From an uncultured delta proteobacterium (GTDB taxonomy: Bacteria > Myxococcota_A > Polyangia > Fen-1088), in NCBI GenBank assembly GCA_963796685.1, contig CAWCMR010000009.1:160001-224000 (forward strand): a stretch of 64,000 bases of DNA, in the 5' to 3' direction. Below, piece after piece: positions 49,424 through 58,454 of this stretch. The position numbers and the translations under genes are program-made. The number at the start of each line of letters is the position of its first letter. The first letter of the stretch is position 1. Under the pieces are notes generated by a model. It was not told the DNA's origin and searched no databases. It saw nothing but the letters and a program-made list of their open reading frames with translations.

Positions 49424-51166
49424 TCAAGGCGTGCCCACGAAGGTGGTGACACTCTGGGCATCGAGCGTTGCACTGAAGCGAGCATTGCTGACCGTGATCG
49501 GGCTCTTGGAAGCCAGGCTGTCGGTGGCTGAAGTCACCCAGGGCGTGATGCTGCAGGGGACGACGCCGGAAACGTAGAGCGAGATCGGGGTTGAAGAGGA
49601 GTTGGTGTTGATGGCCACCACGGCCACGGTCCCATCCGCCGGGTTCTGGTAGGCACTCAGCGAGATCCCCGACGGGACGGTTCCCGAGGTGGAGACCCGC
49701 ATGAAGCCGGGCCGCACGAAGCGCGCGTAGTTGCCCAGGACCCACAGCCGCTTGGTCCACACATTGTTGGTCGTGTCGTAGAGGCAGCCGCCGTTGCCGC
49801 TGGCGTTGTACAGCCACCAGAGGTGCCAGGCGTTGAGGTTGGCTTTGGTGAGGTCGTTGTGAATGGTCGTGGCCATCTTCAGCGCGCTGGCGATACCATC
49901 GCCGCTCGAGTCGCCCGACCCGGTCCCCGTGTCGACCTCCGTCTCCCAGTATTCCTTGCTGGCGGCCGCAATCGACGTTTCGGCAGGCAGGGTGCCGCAA
50001 CCATATTCGTGGCTGGCGAAGATGCTGACCGCGTCCCAGGCGGCCGTGTCGGCCTTGATGGCGTTGAAGTAGCTGGTGAATCCGCAGGCATTCATGGTCT
50101 CGGGCGCCATGATCTTCACATTGATGGCCGCCATGGCAGGGCCGAGAACGTCGATCCATGCGGCCAACTGGGCCGCCGAGTAGGAGGTCGTGCTGTTGAT
50201 ACCGCAGCTGTCCGGCTCGTTCTCGGCGGACACGGCGTAGATCGGTACCCCCTGGGTCTTCGCGTTCTGCACCCAAGTCACGAGAGCGCTGGCCAAGCCC
50301 TGCGGGTTGGTCAGCACGGGCATGCTGCCCTTGCCGGTGCAGCCGTTGGGGTCGGTCTGGTTGGTGGTGAAGCTGCCGCCGGTCGCGCCGTTGGTCCCCG
50401 TCCCCCAAGGCGTCATCCACACCGTGGCGCCGTTCTGAGCGGCCGATTTGGCGATCGTGAGCCCGTCACCGTACCGGATGCGGAGCAACGTCAACCCGGC
50501 CCCCTTGGTGGTGGACCATAGATAGTCGGCGTCCGACGCATTTCTGTAGCTCCCTGCCCAGGCGGAGGATACGCCGAAGCCGGACATCTTCTGCTGCAGG
50601 CTGGATAGGCTGACCGTCACGTCACCGCTCTGCGCACTGCCAGTGCTGCAGGCGGTTGGGTTGATGACCGCGCCATCCGTGGCGCTGCCCCCCGCACCGG
50701 TGGCCCCGCCCGATCCGCTGCTACCACCACTCGCGCCTGGTTGGCCGCCCGAGTTGGTGACGCCCGCGTCGGTGCTGCTACCGCCCGAGCCACTGCGACC
50801 GCCGCTCGCGCCGCCAGTTCCTGTGCGGCCGCCCGAGTTGGTGACGCCCGCGTCGGCGCTGCTGCCGCCCGACCCGGCGCGACCACCGCTCGCTCCACCA
50901 CTTCCCGTTTGGCCGCCCAAGCTCGTTCCCCCGCCGCTGCCAAGTGCGCCCCCTGAACCGGTGCGGCCACCGGTCGCTCCGCCCGAGCTGGTCACCGCTC
51001 CACCTGTCGACACGCCCTCGCCTCCGCTCCCTGTCTCCCCTCCTTCGCCAGTCTTACCTCCTATCCCCGAGCCTCCGGTTCCTTGGGAGCTTGTGCCCGA
51101 CGAACAAGCGGCAGCGGCAAGGGTGAGCACAGCGATCGTCGTACGCAAGAAGCGGCGTGGTGTCAT
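49424..51166 (-). CDS. GH30 (glucuronoxylanase-like) lipoprotein with Gly tether
   Basis: AAAC lipobox; Q..SGFG.S, G.GL..LRIR, TPW, AVSAENEPD (acid/base), WETE (nucleophile), NYARFVRPG..R, QSVTTFV. Confidence 0.9.
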   Translation of the reverse strand: MTPRRFLRTTIAVLTLAAAACSSGTSSQGTGGSGIGGKTGEGGETGSGGEGVSTGGAVTSSGGATGGRTGSGGALGSGGGTSLGGQTGSGGASGGRAGSGGSSADAGVTNSGGRTGTGGASGGRSGSGGSSTDAGVTNSGGQPGASGGSSGSGGATGAGGSATDGAVINPTACSTGSAQSGDVTVSLSSLQQKMSGFGVSSAWAGSYRNASDADYLWSTTKGAGLTLLRIRYGDGLTIAKSAAQNGATVWMTPWGTGTNGATGGSFTTNQTDPNGCTGKGSMPVLTNPQGLASALVTWVQNAKTQGVPIYAVSAENEPDSCGINSTTSYSAAQLAAWIDVLGPAMAAINVKIMAPETMNACGFTSYFNAIKADTAAWDAVSIFASHEYGCGTLPAETSIAAASKEYWETEVDTGTGSGDSSGDGIASALKMATTIHNDLTKANLNAWHLWWLYNASGNGGCLYDTTNNVWTKRLWVLGNYARFVRPGFMRVSTSGTVPSGISLSAYQNPADGTVAVVAINTNSSSTPISLYVSGVVPCSITPWVTSATDSLASKSPITVSNARFSATLDAQSVTTFVGTP

Positions 51167-51822
51167 GCGGTCCTCTCTTTGCAATTTGGAATTACTTCAA
51201 CCAAAGTCCGAGCCTGTCGCCGACTCGCGTCGGCGAGCGCCTCGTGATCGGCGAGTGCCTTCTCGAAGGACAGCCTCGCCACCCGCAGCCGCGAATAGGC
51301 GGTGCCCAGGGGTATCGCGAGTGCTTGAACCACCTCCGGCACCGTCATTCCCAGAACCTCCACCATCACGAAGACCTCCCGCTTCGCTTCGCCGAGACCT
51401 GCCAGGATGCGATCGAGCAGGCCCAGCTCGGCATTCATCTCTGCCATGTCGAGAGGCGATGGCCGAGGCGGTTGAGACCATTTGAGCTCGGTGCCGAGCC
51501 GAGCACATGCGGCATCCCTCGTCCGCCTGGAGCGCCGGTGGTCGCTCGTGGTGCGACGCACGATGCCGTAGATCCAGCTTCGCAGAGACTCCGGGTGTTG
51601 CAACGTGGCAAGCCTGGCGTGGATCACGACGAATACGTCTTGAACCACATCGTCGACGGCATCCCTTTCGACGCCGAGATGTCTGACCGAGCACCACACG
51701 AAGTCAAAGTATTGTTTGTAGATGTGCCCGAATGGAGGAAGCGAAAACGTTGAGCGTCGCGGGCCGATCTCGACACCCGACAAGGCGATTGGCTCAATGG
51801 CATTTGCATTGCTTTCAATCAT
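51163..51822 (-). CDS. ECF RNA polymerase sigma factor
   Basis: Y..YFDFVW..VR.LG, DDVVQDVF, LRSWIYGI, REVFVM.E..G....E...L.IP.GT.YSRL..AR. Confidence 0.93.
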   Translation of the reverse strand: MIESNANAIEPIALSGVEIGPRRSTFSLPPFGHIYKQYFDFVWCSVRHLGVERDAVDDVVQDVFVVIHARLATLQHPESLRSWIYGIVRRTTSDHRRSRRTRDAACARLGTELKWSQPPRPSPLDMAEMNAELGLLDRILAGLGEAKREVFVMVEVLGMTVPEVVQALAIPLGTAYSRLRVARLSFEKALADHEALADASRRQARTLVEVIPNCKERTA

Positions 51823-51948
51823 CTGACGTTCCCCTGCTGTGAACGGCGAGCTCGAGGTTCCGGCGTCGGGCTGGGCGGAATCGCGTGCCGCCCCAAAAGA
51901 ACGCTTCCGCGAGGACCCGGGTCCGGCTCATGGAGATCTCCATAGTAA

Positions 51949-51978
51949 TGACTGTCTCGACGCCGCCTTTGTTGTAAC
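51949..51978 (-). promoter_or_regulatory. Putative ECF promoter (shared motif copy 3, possibly autoregulatory)
   Basis: GTTACA-N16-GACAGTCA, about 125 nt upstream of the sigma ATG. Confidence 0.55.
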
Positions 51979-52142
51979 GATTTCTCGATCTCCGACGCTG
52001 ACGCCCGTTTACCTCGTCCGACTCATCACACACGTCGCAATGGAAGCGTGAGGCTTGCGCCACTGCACAAGACGTTACGGGTTTGGTGAAAGCGTGCGGT
52101 TTCGGTACGCGAAGGTCGACATCGGATTTTTCGGAGGTTTGT

Positions 52143-53687
52143 ATGCGCGTAAGACAATTCCACTGTGTCGCCCTCGCCCTGCTTCTTGGGCCACTGGGCT
52201 GCGGGTCCTCGGGATCGGGCGACGCCTCGGGCCAAGGGGGAGCTGGCGGCAGCGGCGGCGCCGGGGCCGGCGGCGGATTTGCTGGCACCGGTGGCGTGTC
52301 CGGCAGCGGTGGGGGGACCGGCACCGGCGGCGCGAGCGGTGGTGGTAGTCGCGGCTCGGGTGGAACAAGCGGGTCGGGAGGAGCAACCGGTTCAGGTGGG
52401 GCGGCCAGCTCAGGCGGAGCGGCCAGCTCGGGCGGGACAACCGGCTCGGGTGGCGTGGCCGACAGCGGGGGCCGCAGCTCGGGCGGCGCGACTGGCACCG
52501 GCGGCGGCGGTACCTCCGGCAGTGGCGGTCGCAGCTTGGGCGGCGCAACCGGCTCAGGGGGAACGACCCGTTCGGATGCAGCGACCGACGGCGGTGACGC
52601 GAACGGCTCAGGCGGCTCGAATGGGAACGGTGGAGCAGCCGGGTCCGGCGGCACCACGGGAGTCGGCGGAGCGGCAGGCGACCTTTGTCCACCCGTGGAT
52701 GCGGGGGTCGTCACCGGCACCATCAACAACAGCGGCTCTTGGAATGATACGACGGGCAAGCACATTCAGGCCCACGGCGGTGGGCTCATCAAGGTCTGCG
52801 ACACCTGGTACTGGTTCGGTGAAGACAAAACCCTGAACACGAATGGTACGGGCAACTTTCACGCCATCAGCTGCTACGCCTCCAAGGATCTTGCCAACTG
52901 GGAGCATCGCAATTCGGTCGTCACCACCAGCACGGACCCCGTGCTGAACAACGTCAATCTGATCATCGAGCGACCCAAGGTCATCTACAACGCATCCACG
53001 AAGCTATACGTGATGTGGGCCCACTGGGATATGGAAGCCTGCTCCGGGGCGAGCGGCGGCTACTGTGACTCCGAGGCCGTGATTTTCACCAGCCCCACCG
53101 TGGATGGCAACTACACGTACGTGAAGCACTTCACGCCCGGGGGAAACGCTTCGAGAGACTGCACCCTGTGGCAAGAGCCCGACGGGACCGCCTACTTCGT
53201 CTCCACAGGAGCACAGGGCCAAACCTCGTCGGGAACCTTTAGTCAGACGGAGGTCTACCAGCTCTCGAGCGACTATTTGACCGTCTCGAACACCACGAAG
53301 ATTTGGGCCAATGACACCCGGGAGGCCTACGCATTCTGGAAAGTCGATGGCAAGTACTACGGTATCAGCTCGGGGCAGACCGGCTGGGCCCCGAACCAGG
53401 CAGCGTACTTGACCTCCACCGGCTCGATTACCGGGCCGTGGAACAATAGTTTCACCGGCGTCGGCGCGAACAACTCGACCTGGAGCTCTCAGCCCACCTA
53501 CGTGATCCCCATCGTGGGCAGCCAGACGACGACCTATATCTACGCGGCTGACATATGGAATTCCAACAATCTCAGCCTTTCGACGTATCTCTGGCTACCG
53601 TTCACCTTTGACGGCACAAAGTGGACCTTGACCTACTCCGCCCAATGGTCCATCAACCTTGCGACAGGTGTCGTGACGACCAACTGA
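52143..53687 (+). CDS. GH43_24-like exo-beta-1,3-galactanase lipoprotein with Gly tether
   Basis: GGAGG RBS; PLGC lipobox; IQAHGGG, YWFGEDK, CY.S.DL.NW, IERPKVIYN, SRDCTL, REA, TGWAPN, SQPTYV. Confidence 0.9.
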   Translation: MRVRQFHCVALALLLGPLGCGSSGSGDASGQGGAGGSGGAGAGGGFAGTGGVSGSGGGTGTGGASGGGSRGSGGTSGSGGATGSGGAASSGGAASSGGTTGSGGVADSGGRSSGGATGTGGGGTSGSGGRSLGGATGSGGTTRSDAATDGGDANGSGGSNGNGGAAGSGGTTGVGGAAGDLCPPVDAGVVTGTINNSGSWNDTTGKHIQAHGGGLIKVCDTWYWFGEDKTLNTNGTGNFHAISCYASKDLANWEHRNSVVTTSTDPVLNNVNLIIERPKVIYNASTKLYVMWAHWDMEACSGASGGYCDSEAVIFTSPTVDGNYTYVKHFTPGGNASRDCTLWQEPDGTAYFVSTGAQGQTSSGTFSQTEVYQLSSDYLTVSNTTKIWANDTREAYAFWKVDGKYYGISSGQTGWAPNQAAYLTSTGSITGPWNNSFTGVGANNSTWSSQPTYVIPIVGSQTTTYIYAADIWNSNNLSLSTYLWLPFTFDGTKWTLTYSAQWSINLATGVVTTN

Positions 53688-53695
53688 ATCACCGG

Positions 53696-55486
53696 TCACG
53701 ATCTTCTACGCCGAATCCACGGCACGAGGGTGAGGCCGAGCAACAGCCACAAGCCGCCGCCCGCTCGTGTGCGTCCCTGTATCGTACAGGAACAACCAGA
53801 GGATGAGGTGCCGCCCGCCGTGGTCGAGGCCCCAGCCGCACCCGAATTGCCGCCTTCCTGGCCACCTGAGCCGGCAGCGCCATGTCCACCCGAGCCCGCA
53901 CCGGCTGCTCCTGCGCCGTCGCCACTGCCCGCGCTCGATCCGCCAGAGCCGCCTCCGCCGGAGCCCGCCGCGCCGCCGGAGGCAGCTACGGTCGTTCCGC
54001 CGGTGTTGCCCAAGCGCCCCCCGGTGGCAGTTGCGCCGCCGGAGCCGCTTCCGCCTGGCCCGCCATCGGCCCCGTTGCGACCACCCGTGGCAGTTGCACC
54101 GCCCGATCCGGTGCCCCCCACACCGCCCGCCCCAGTCGCGCCGCCTGCTCCATTTCCTCCTGACCCGCCGTCCGCCCCACTGCGCCCGCCACTTCCGGTT
54201 GCACCACCGGAGCCGCTTCCACCTATCCCGCCGTCGCGACCGCTGCTTCCCGCAGCGCCCCCGGTTCCACTGCTTCCCCCGCTCCCACCTGTGCCGATGC
54301 TTCCGCCGGTACCAAAGTCGTTGTCGAACGCGACGCCGTCGAAGGGCACCACGATGACCTTGGTGCCGTGATTGGTACCGGGCAGGACCTGGTTGTCCTT
54401 GTCGACATCGGATACGGCCCAAGTGATATGGGTTGGGTGGCCGTCTTCCAGCACCACGCCCGGTCGCTCCATCTTGTACCATGCCGTGCAGGTGGTGGTT
54501 CCTTCGTAACAGAAGATCTTCTGGTAATCCCGCGGAGACCAAGCGTACCCGTTGTCCTGCCAACTGAGGCCGTCAGGCGAATACACGTGCCAGCCGACTC
54601 GATCTCCGGAACCCGAATAGATGACGTGGTAGGTCCCGCCGCTGCGCCAAATGTGGGGATCTTCTTGCCAGATATTGGTCGGATTGGGTACGCCCGGTAT
54701 CGAGGTCCGCTTCGGGTAGATGCTGCCGACGACCGGATTACCCTGTGCGTCGGTAGGGTTCTGGGTATACGCGCACGTCGGCTTCTGCTTCACGTAGTGG
54801 CCACACAGGGTGTCCGCGATCGCGATGGTCCCGTTGCGCTCCACGATTTGGTACTTGCCGTCGTGGCGCGGAAACATGCTTATGTTGGACGCACCGATAT
54901 CGCTTTGGGGCGAACAACCCGTCCATGGGCCGTCGAGCGAGCTCGACTTGAAGATCTGGAAGGGAACGATCTCGCTGACGATGACCGCGTAGGTACCGTC
55001 GGGCAGCTCGACCGCGGAGACGTTGTGCCCCTTGTGCGGTGTGGAGCCGCCGGTACTGTACACGTAGTCTTGCCGTAGGTACGGACCAAGCACGTTGGTT
55101 TGGCTGATGGCATGGTAGGCGTCCGAGCCCTGCCAGGCCGTACCGAAGTTCGAGTTTGCGTCGAACGTGCTCATGAACATGTGGTACTTGCCGTCGGTGG
55201 CCTTGATGATCTGGCCGTCCCAGTAGTACCACTGCGGATGAACGCCAGCGCCCATGGCGCTCTCGATGCCGTTGGAGATGTCGCGCGGAATGACGCCCGC
55301 CACGCCCCAGGTGGCGGAGCTGAGCGGCGCGACCGTGGGAGTCGGTTTGATATACTCTTCGAACGGTTTCGCGCTTGCGGTTCCAGCCAGGCCGACGTAC
55401 GCGAGAACGACGGCCGTCGCGATGCCGCCCGCCAGTCGTGCCGATTGCGTTGAAGAAGGTGAAAGCGCTTGGTGCGGTTTGCGCAT
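53696..55486 (-). CDS. GH43-like five-bladed beta-propeller hydrolase, Gly tether, MYXO-CTERM
   Basis: YWDG.IIK..DGKYHMF.S, GHNV, EDP.IW.....YH, KMERP; SGCSC + TM + RRRS. Confidence 0.75.
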   Translation of the reverse strand: MRKPHQALSPSSTQSARLAGGIATAVVLAYVGLAGTASAKPFEEYIKPTPTVAPLSSATWGVAGVIPRDISNGIESAMGAGVHPQWYYWDGQIIKATDGKYHMFMSTFDANSNFGTAWQGSDAYHAISQTNVLGPYLRQDYVYSTGGSTPHKGHNVSAVELPDGTYAVIVSEIVPFQIFKSSSLDGPWTGCSPQSDIGASNISMFPRHDGKYQIVERNGTIAIADTLCGHYVKQKPTCAYTQNPTDAQGNPVVGSIYPKRTSIPGVPNPTNIWQEDPHIWRSGGTYHVIYSGSGDRVGWHVYSPDGLSWQDNGYAWSPRDYQKIFCYEGTTTCTAWYKMERPGVVLEDGHPTHITWAVSDVDKDNQVLPGTNHGTKVIVVPFDGVAFDNDFGTGGSIGTGGSGGSSGTGGAAGSSGRDGGIGGSGSGGATGSGGRSGADGGSGGNGAGGATGAGGVGGTGSGGATATGGRNGADGGPGGSGSGGATATGGRLGNTGGTTVAASGGAAGSGGGGSGGSSAGSGDGAGAAGAGSGGHGAAGSGGQEGGNSGAAGASTTAGGTSSSGCSCTIQGRTRAGGGLWLLLGLTLVPWIRRRRS

Positions 55487-55623
55487 GATGGGAACCTCGT
55501 CTTTCATGGCGGAACGGATTGATCTTACGTGGGCAGTGGCGCGAACCTCACGGTTCCGTCTCGATCGCGCCCTCGGTTGCCACGCACGACCGCACACGGC
55601 ACCAGACGGCAGCAACAGACGAC

Positions 55624-58296
55624 TTACTGCACGCGCAAGAGGGCCGCCGATTCCCCCAGCTTCTTACCCTGGGAATCCAGGACCGACAGCTTGTAGCTGC
55701 CCGCCGTCGTGGGCACCGGAATCGACGTTGCATTCCCCGCAGCCTTCGTCATCGTCGCACCCTCCGCGAAGGCCGTCGTGCCGGCTGGAGCAAACCACAC
55801 CGTGCTCGTGGCGTCGCCGCTACTCCTGATGGTCAGGCTGGCGGTCCCTTTCGGCGCCGCGCAACTGGCGGGAAACACAAAGTCCGGTGTCGAAACCAGA
55901 CTGGTCGGCACAACGCTCCGATAAGCGTCCTCGACGCCCGAGGCCACGGCGTATCCATACTGGGTCACGGGCCACACGGCATCGGCAACCACCACAGGCG
56001 TGTCGATCTGGCTATTCGGCGGGTTGGCGCCCATCTTGTTGACGGTTGCATAGGTCCTCAAAATGGTCAGGTCGTGCTTTGCACCGTAGTCCTCGCAATT
56101 GATGGTGTAGGTGACGCCCTTGTCAATGTCGAGGACGCTGTCATTCTCCGTGATAAACGCGCTCCCCTCGTCGTTGTGCAGGCCGTACGTGGGGCCTGAG
56201 GTATTGGGTGGAATCCCCTTGACGTAATTCTGGTTGATGGTGGTTCCCGGCTCTTGCCCGATGGTGTAGATGGCGCCGCTGTCGTGCAGTCGGGTCATCA
56301 TGTTATTGAAGCGATTGAAGCTGCACGTGTTGTTCTTGCAAGTGGTCGAGTCCGTGAAGTTCTTCCAACCCCATCCCAGATTGATCCCGTTGTAAGCGGT
56401 CGAGTGAATGAGATTGTGGGTAATTGCAAGCGTGTCCACGAAGAACGCGGTAATCCCCGAATGCCCGCCGAACCCGGGAAGGGTACTCACGTTGTAGACG
56501 ACGTTGTTGTCTATCGTATCCTTGATGCAGGCACCCTCCACGCCCTTGGCGTACTTCTCGTGGGTGCCGCCGTCTCCTATGTAGACGTGCTGCGGGTGAC
56601 CAATCGTGATGCCACTGCCGGCAATGTCGGTGATGTAGTTGCCAACGATGTTCGAATTGACAACGTCGTTGATCATCGAAATCCCCTCATTGCCGCTGTG
56701 CTTGATCACGTTGCCGACGATGTCGATCGAATCGGCGCTGTTCACCATGATCATCCCCGGGAACGTGTCGACGATCTCGTACTTGGAGGCGTGCCAATCG
56801 CCGCTACCGTAGGCGATGAACACGGTTGCGCCCTGCACGCTCGCCTTGCCGTAGGAGTCCCCCACCTTGTACAACATGTAGTCGGTGTTGGCGAAGGTGA
56901 TGCCCTGGATGGTGATGTTCTTGACCCGGTCCGTGGTCGAAGTCCCGGCGATACTGAGCAAGGTCTCCGCCACAGGTGCCTCGACGTCTGCCGTGCTCAT
57001 GTCCTCACCCGAGCGGGGATAGTAGTAGAGCGTTCCCGTGGTCTTGTCGAAATAGAACTGCCCCGCGGCGGTCAGCCAGGCGAATACGTTGAGGATCTTG
57101 TGACTACCCGTCACGCTGAAACCGGAGCTCCAGCCCGGCAACTGCGCGATGATCCCGTAGGGCTGCTGCAGCATCAGCCCCCTGTTGCCGTCGGAAGCGG
57201 TCACGACGTCTCTCGTGCAGACGATGTTCTCATTCCACGTGGTGCCGTTGACGATCTCGAGGTCGTCCTTGTTGCTGGTGATGGCCGGCACGTCCGATGC
57301 GCTGTACTCGACCCCGTCGCTACCGCTGCCACTGTTCCACGCCCACGTGGCTTGTCCGCTGGTAACGGAATAGGTCCCGGTCCCGCCTTTCGACGTGACG
57401 GTCTTGCTGGTCATGTTGGCCCTGGCGTCGTTCACGTACAGGTTGCGCAACTTCGTCTTGCGGTCGAGCGAGGCCTTGTAGATGTTGCCGCTGCTCACGG
57501 TCCAGCCGGTCACCTTCGTGGCGCCGCTCAGCACCGGCGTTTCACCGGGATACGCCTGATAGTAGATCCGATGGTTGCCCGTACCCGAATCCTTGCTCTC
57601 GAGGCTGATCGCGCTCGTGATCCGGTAGTCCCCGCCTCGAAGATAGACGTAGATGTCGCCGGTCATGTTGCTATTGACGGCGCGAACCGCGTCGCGCGCC
57701 TTGGTGATGGTCTGAAAGGGCGTGCCTGCGCTGCCGTCATTGGTGTCGCTGCCTGACGGTGAAACGTAGTAGCAGGCCTGGGCTTGCGCCTTGGGACACA
57801 CGTCGGTCGAGCCGCCAGCGCCGCCTGTGCCGGCGCTCGTGCTCCCGCCCGTGACCGGGCTCGCAGTGCCACCCGAGCCGGCTGTCGACTTGCCGCCAGC
57901 CCCGCCACTGCCAATCGTGCCGGCGACACCGCCCGTCCCGGCGCCCGTGCCGCCACTGCCAGCCCCGCCGACGCCGCCTGCGCTGCCGCTCGTGCCGCCG
58001 GCGATCTTGCCACCCGATGCCACCACGGTGCCGCCGCCGAAGCCACCGCCAGCGCCCCCTCTGCCGCCCGTGCCAGAGCTCGCAGTGCCACCCGAGCCGC
58101 CGATCACGCTGCCACCAGAGCCGCCCCCGGCGCCGCTCGCTCTTCCTGCGGCGCCGCCACTGCCGGAGAGGGTCCCGGCACCGGAGCCGCCATTCTGATG
58201 GGTCGTGGCGGTCCCCGAGCTACAGGCCATGAGCAGAAGCGCAAGCCCACCGGCAACACCCGATTGTCGAGCTCTTTCCATGAGACGAAGCTGCAT
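55624..58296 (-). CDS. GH141-like beta-helix lipoprotein with Gly tether
   Basis: LMAC lipobox; YYVSPSGSD.N.G, DIYVYLRGG.Y, AYPGETPVLSG, HN.I....Y.GI.LGWGW, DSGAIYT.G, DEGS. Confidence 0.87.
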   Translation of the reverse strand: MQLRLMERARQSGVAGGLALLLMACSSGTATTHQNGGSGAGTLSGSGGAAGRASGAGGGSGGSVIGGSGGTASSGTGGRGGAGGGFGGGTVVASGGKIAGGTSGSAGGVGGAGSGGTGAGTGGVAGTIGSGGAGGKSTAGSGGTASPVTGGSTSAGTGGAGGSTDVCPKAQAQACYYVSPSGSDTNDGSAGTPFQTITKARDAVRAVNSNMTGDIYVYLRGGDYRITSAISLESKDSGTGNHRIYYQAYPGETPVLSGATKVTGWTVSSGNIYKASLDRKTKLRNLYVNDARANMTSKTVTSKGGTGTYSVTSGQATWAWNSGSGSDGVEYSASDVPAITSNKDDLEIVNGTTWNENIVCTRDVVTASDGNRGLMLQQPYGIIAQLPGWSSGFSVTGSHKILNVFAWLTAAGQFYFDKTTGTLYYYPRSGEDMSTADVEAPVAETLLSIAGTSTTDRVKNITIQGITFANTDYMLYKVGDSYGKASVQGATVFIAYGSGDWHASKYEIVDTFPGMIMVNSADSIDIVGNVIKHSGNEGISMINDVVNSNIVGNYITDIAGSGITIGHPQHVYIGDGGTHEKYAKGVEGACIKDTIDNNVVYNVSTLPGFGGHSGITAFFVDTLAITHNLIHSTAYNGINLGWGWKNFTDSTTCKNNTCSFNRFNNMMTRLHDSGAIYTIGQEPGTTINQNYVKGIPPNTSGPTYGLHNDEGSAFITENDSVLDIDKGVTYTINCEDYGAKHDLTILRTYATVNKMGANPPNSQIDTPVVVADAVWPVTQYGYAVASGVEDAYRSVVPTSLVSTPDFVFPASCAAPKGTASLTIRSSGDATSTVWFAPAGTTAFAEGATMTKAAGNATSIPVPTTAGSYKLSVLDSQGKKLGESAALLRVQ

Positions 58297-58410
58297 TAGC
58301 CCGGCAGTGGCGCCAGCATCATGATTCCGTTTCTCCCACGGGCGGAGCCCTTGATTCTAGCCAACTGTCGGGAAGCTCCGCGGAGACCAACGATGCACGC
58401 GGAAGATTCC

Positions 58411-58440
58411 GCTACACAGAAGCGGCCCTGTCGACAGTAT
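58411..58440 (+). promoter_or_regulatory. Putative ECF promoter (shared motif copy 4)
   Basis: GCTACA-N16-GACAGTAT, followed by GGAGG and ATG 58455. Confidence 0.55.
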
Positions 58441-58454
58441 AGGTTGGAGGTGTT

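Noticed and set aside
51839-52051. 70-aa ORF between divergent genes
   Set aside because: No RBS or motif, and it overlaps the promoter region.
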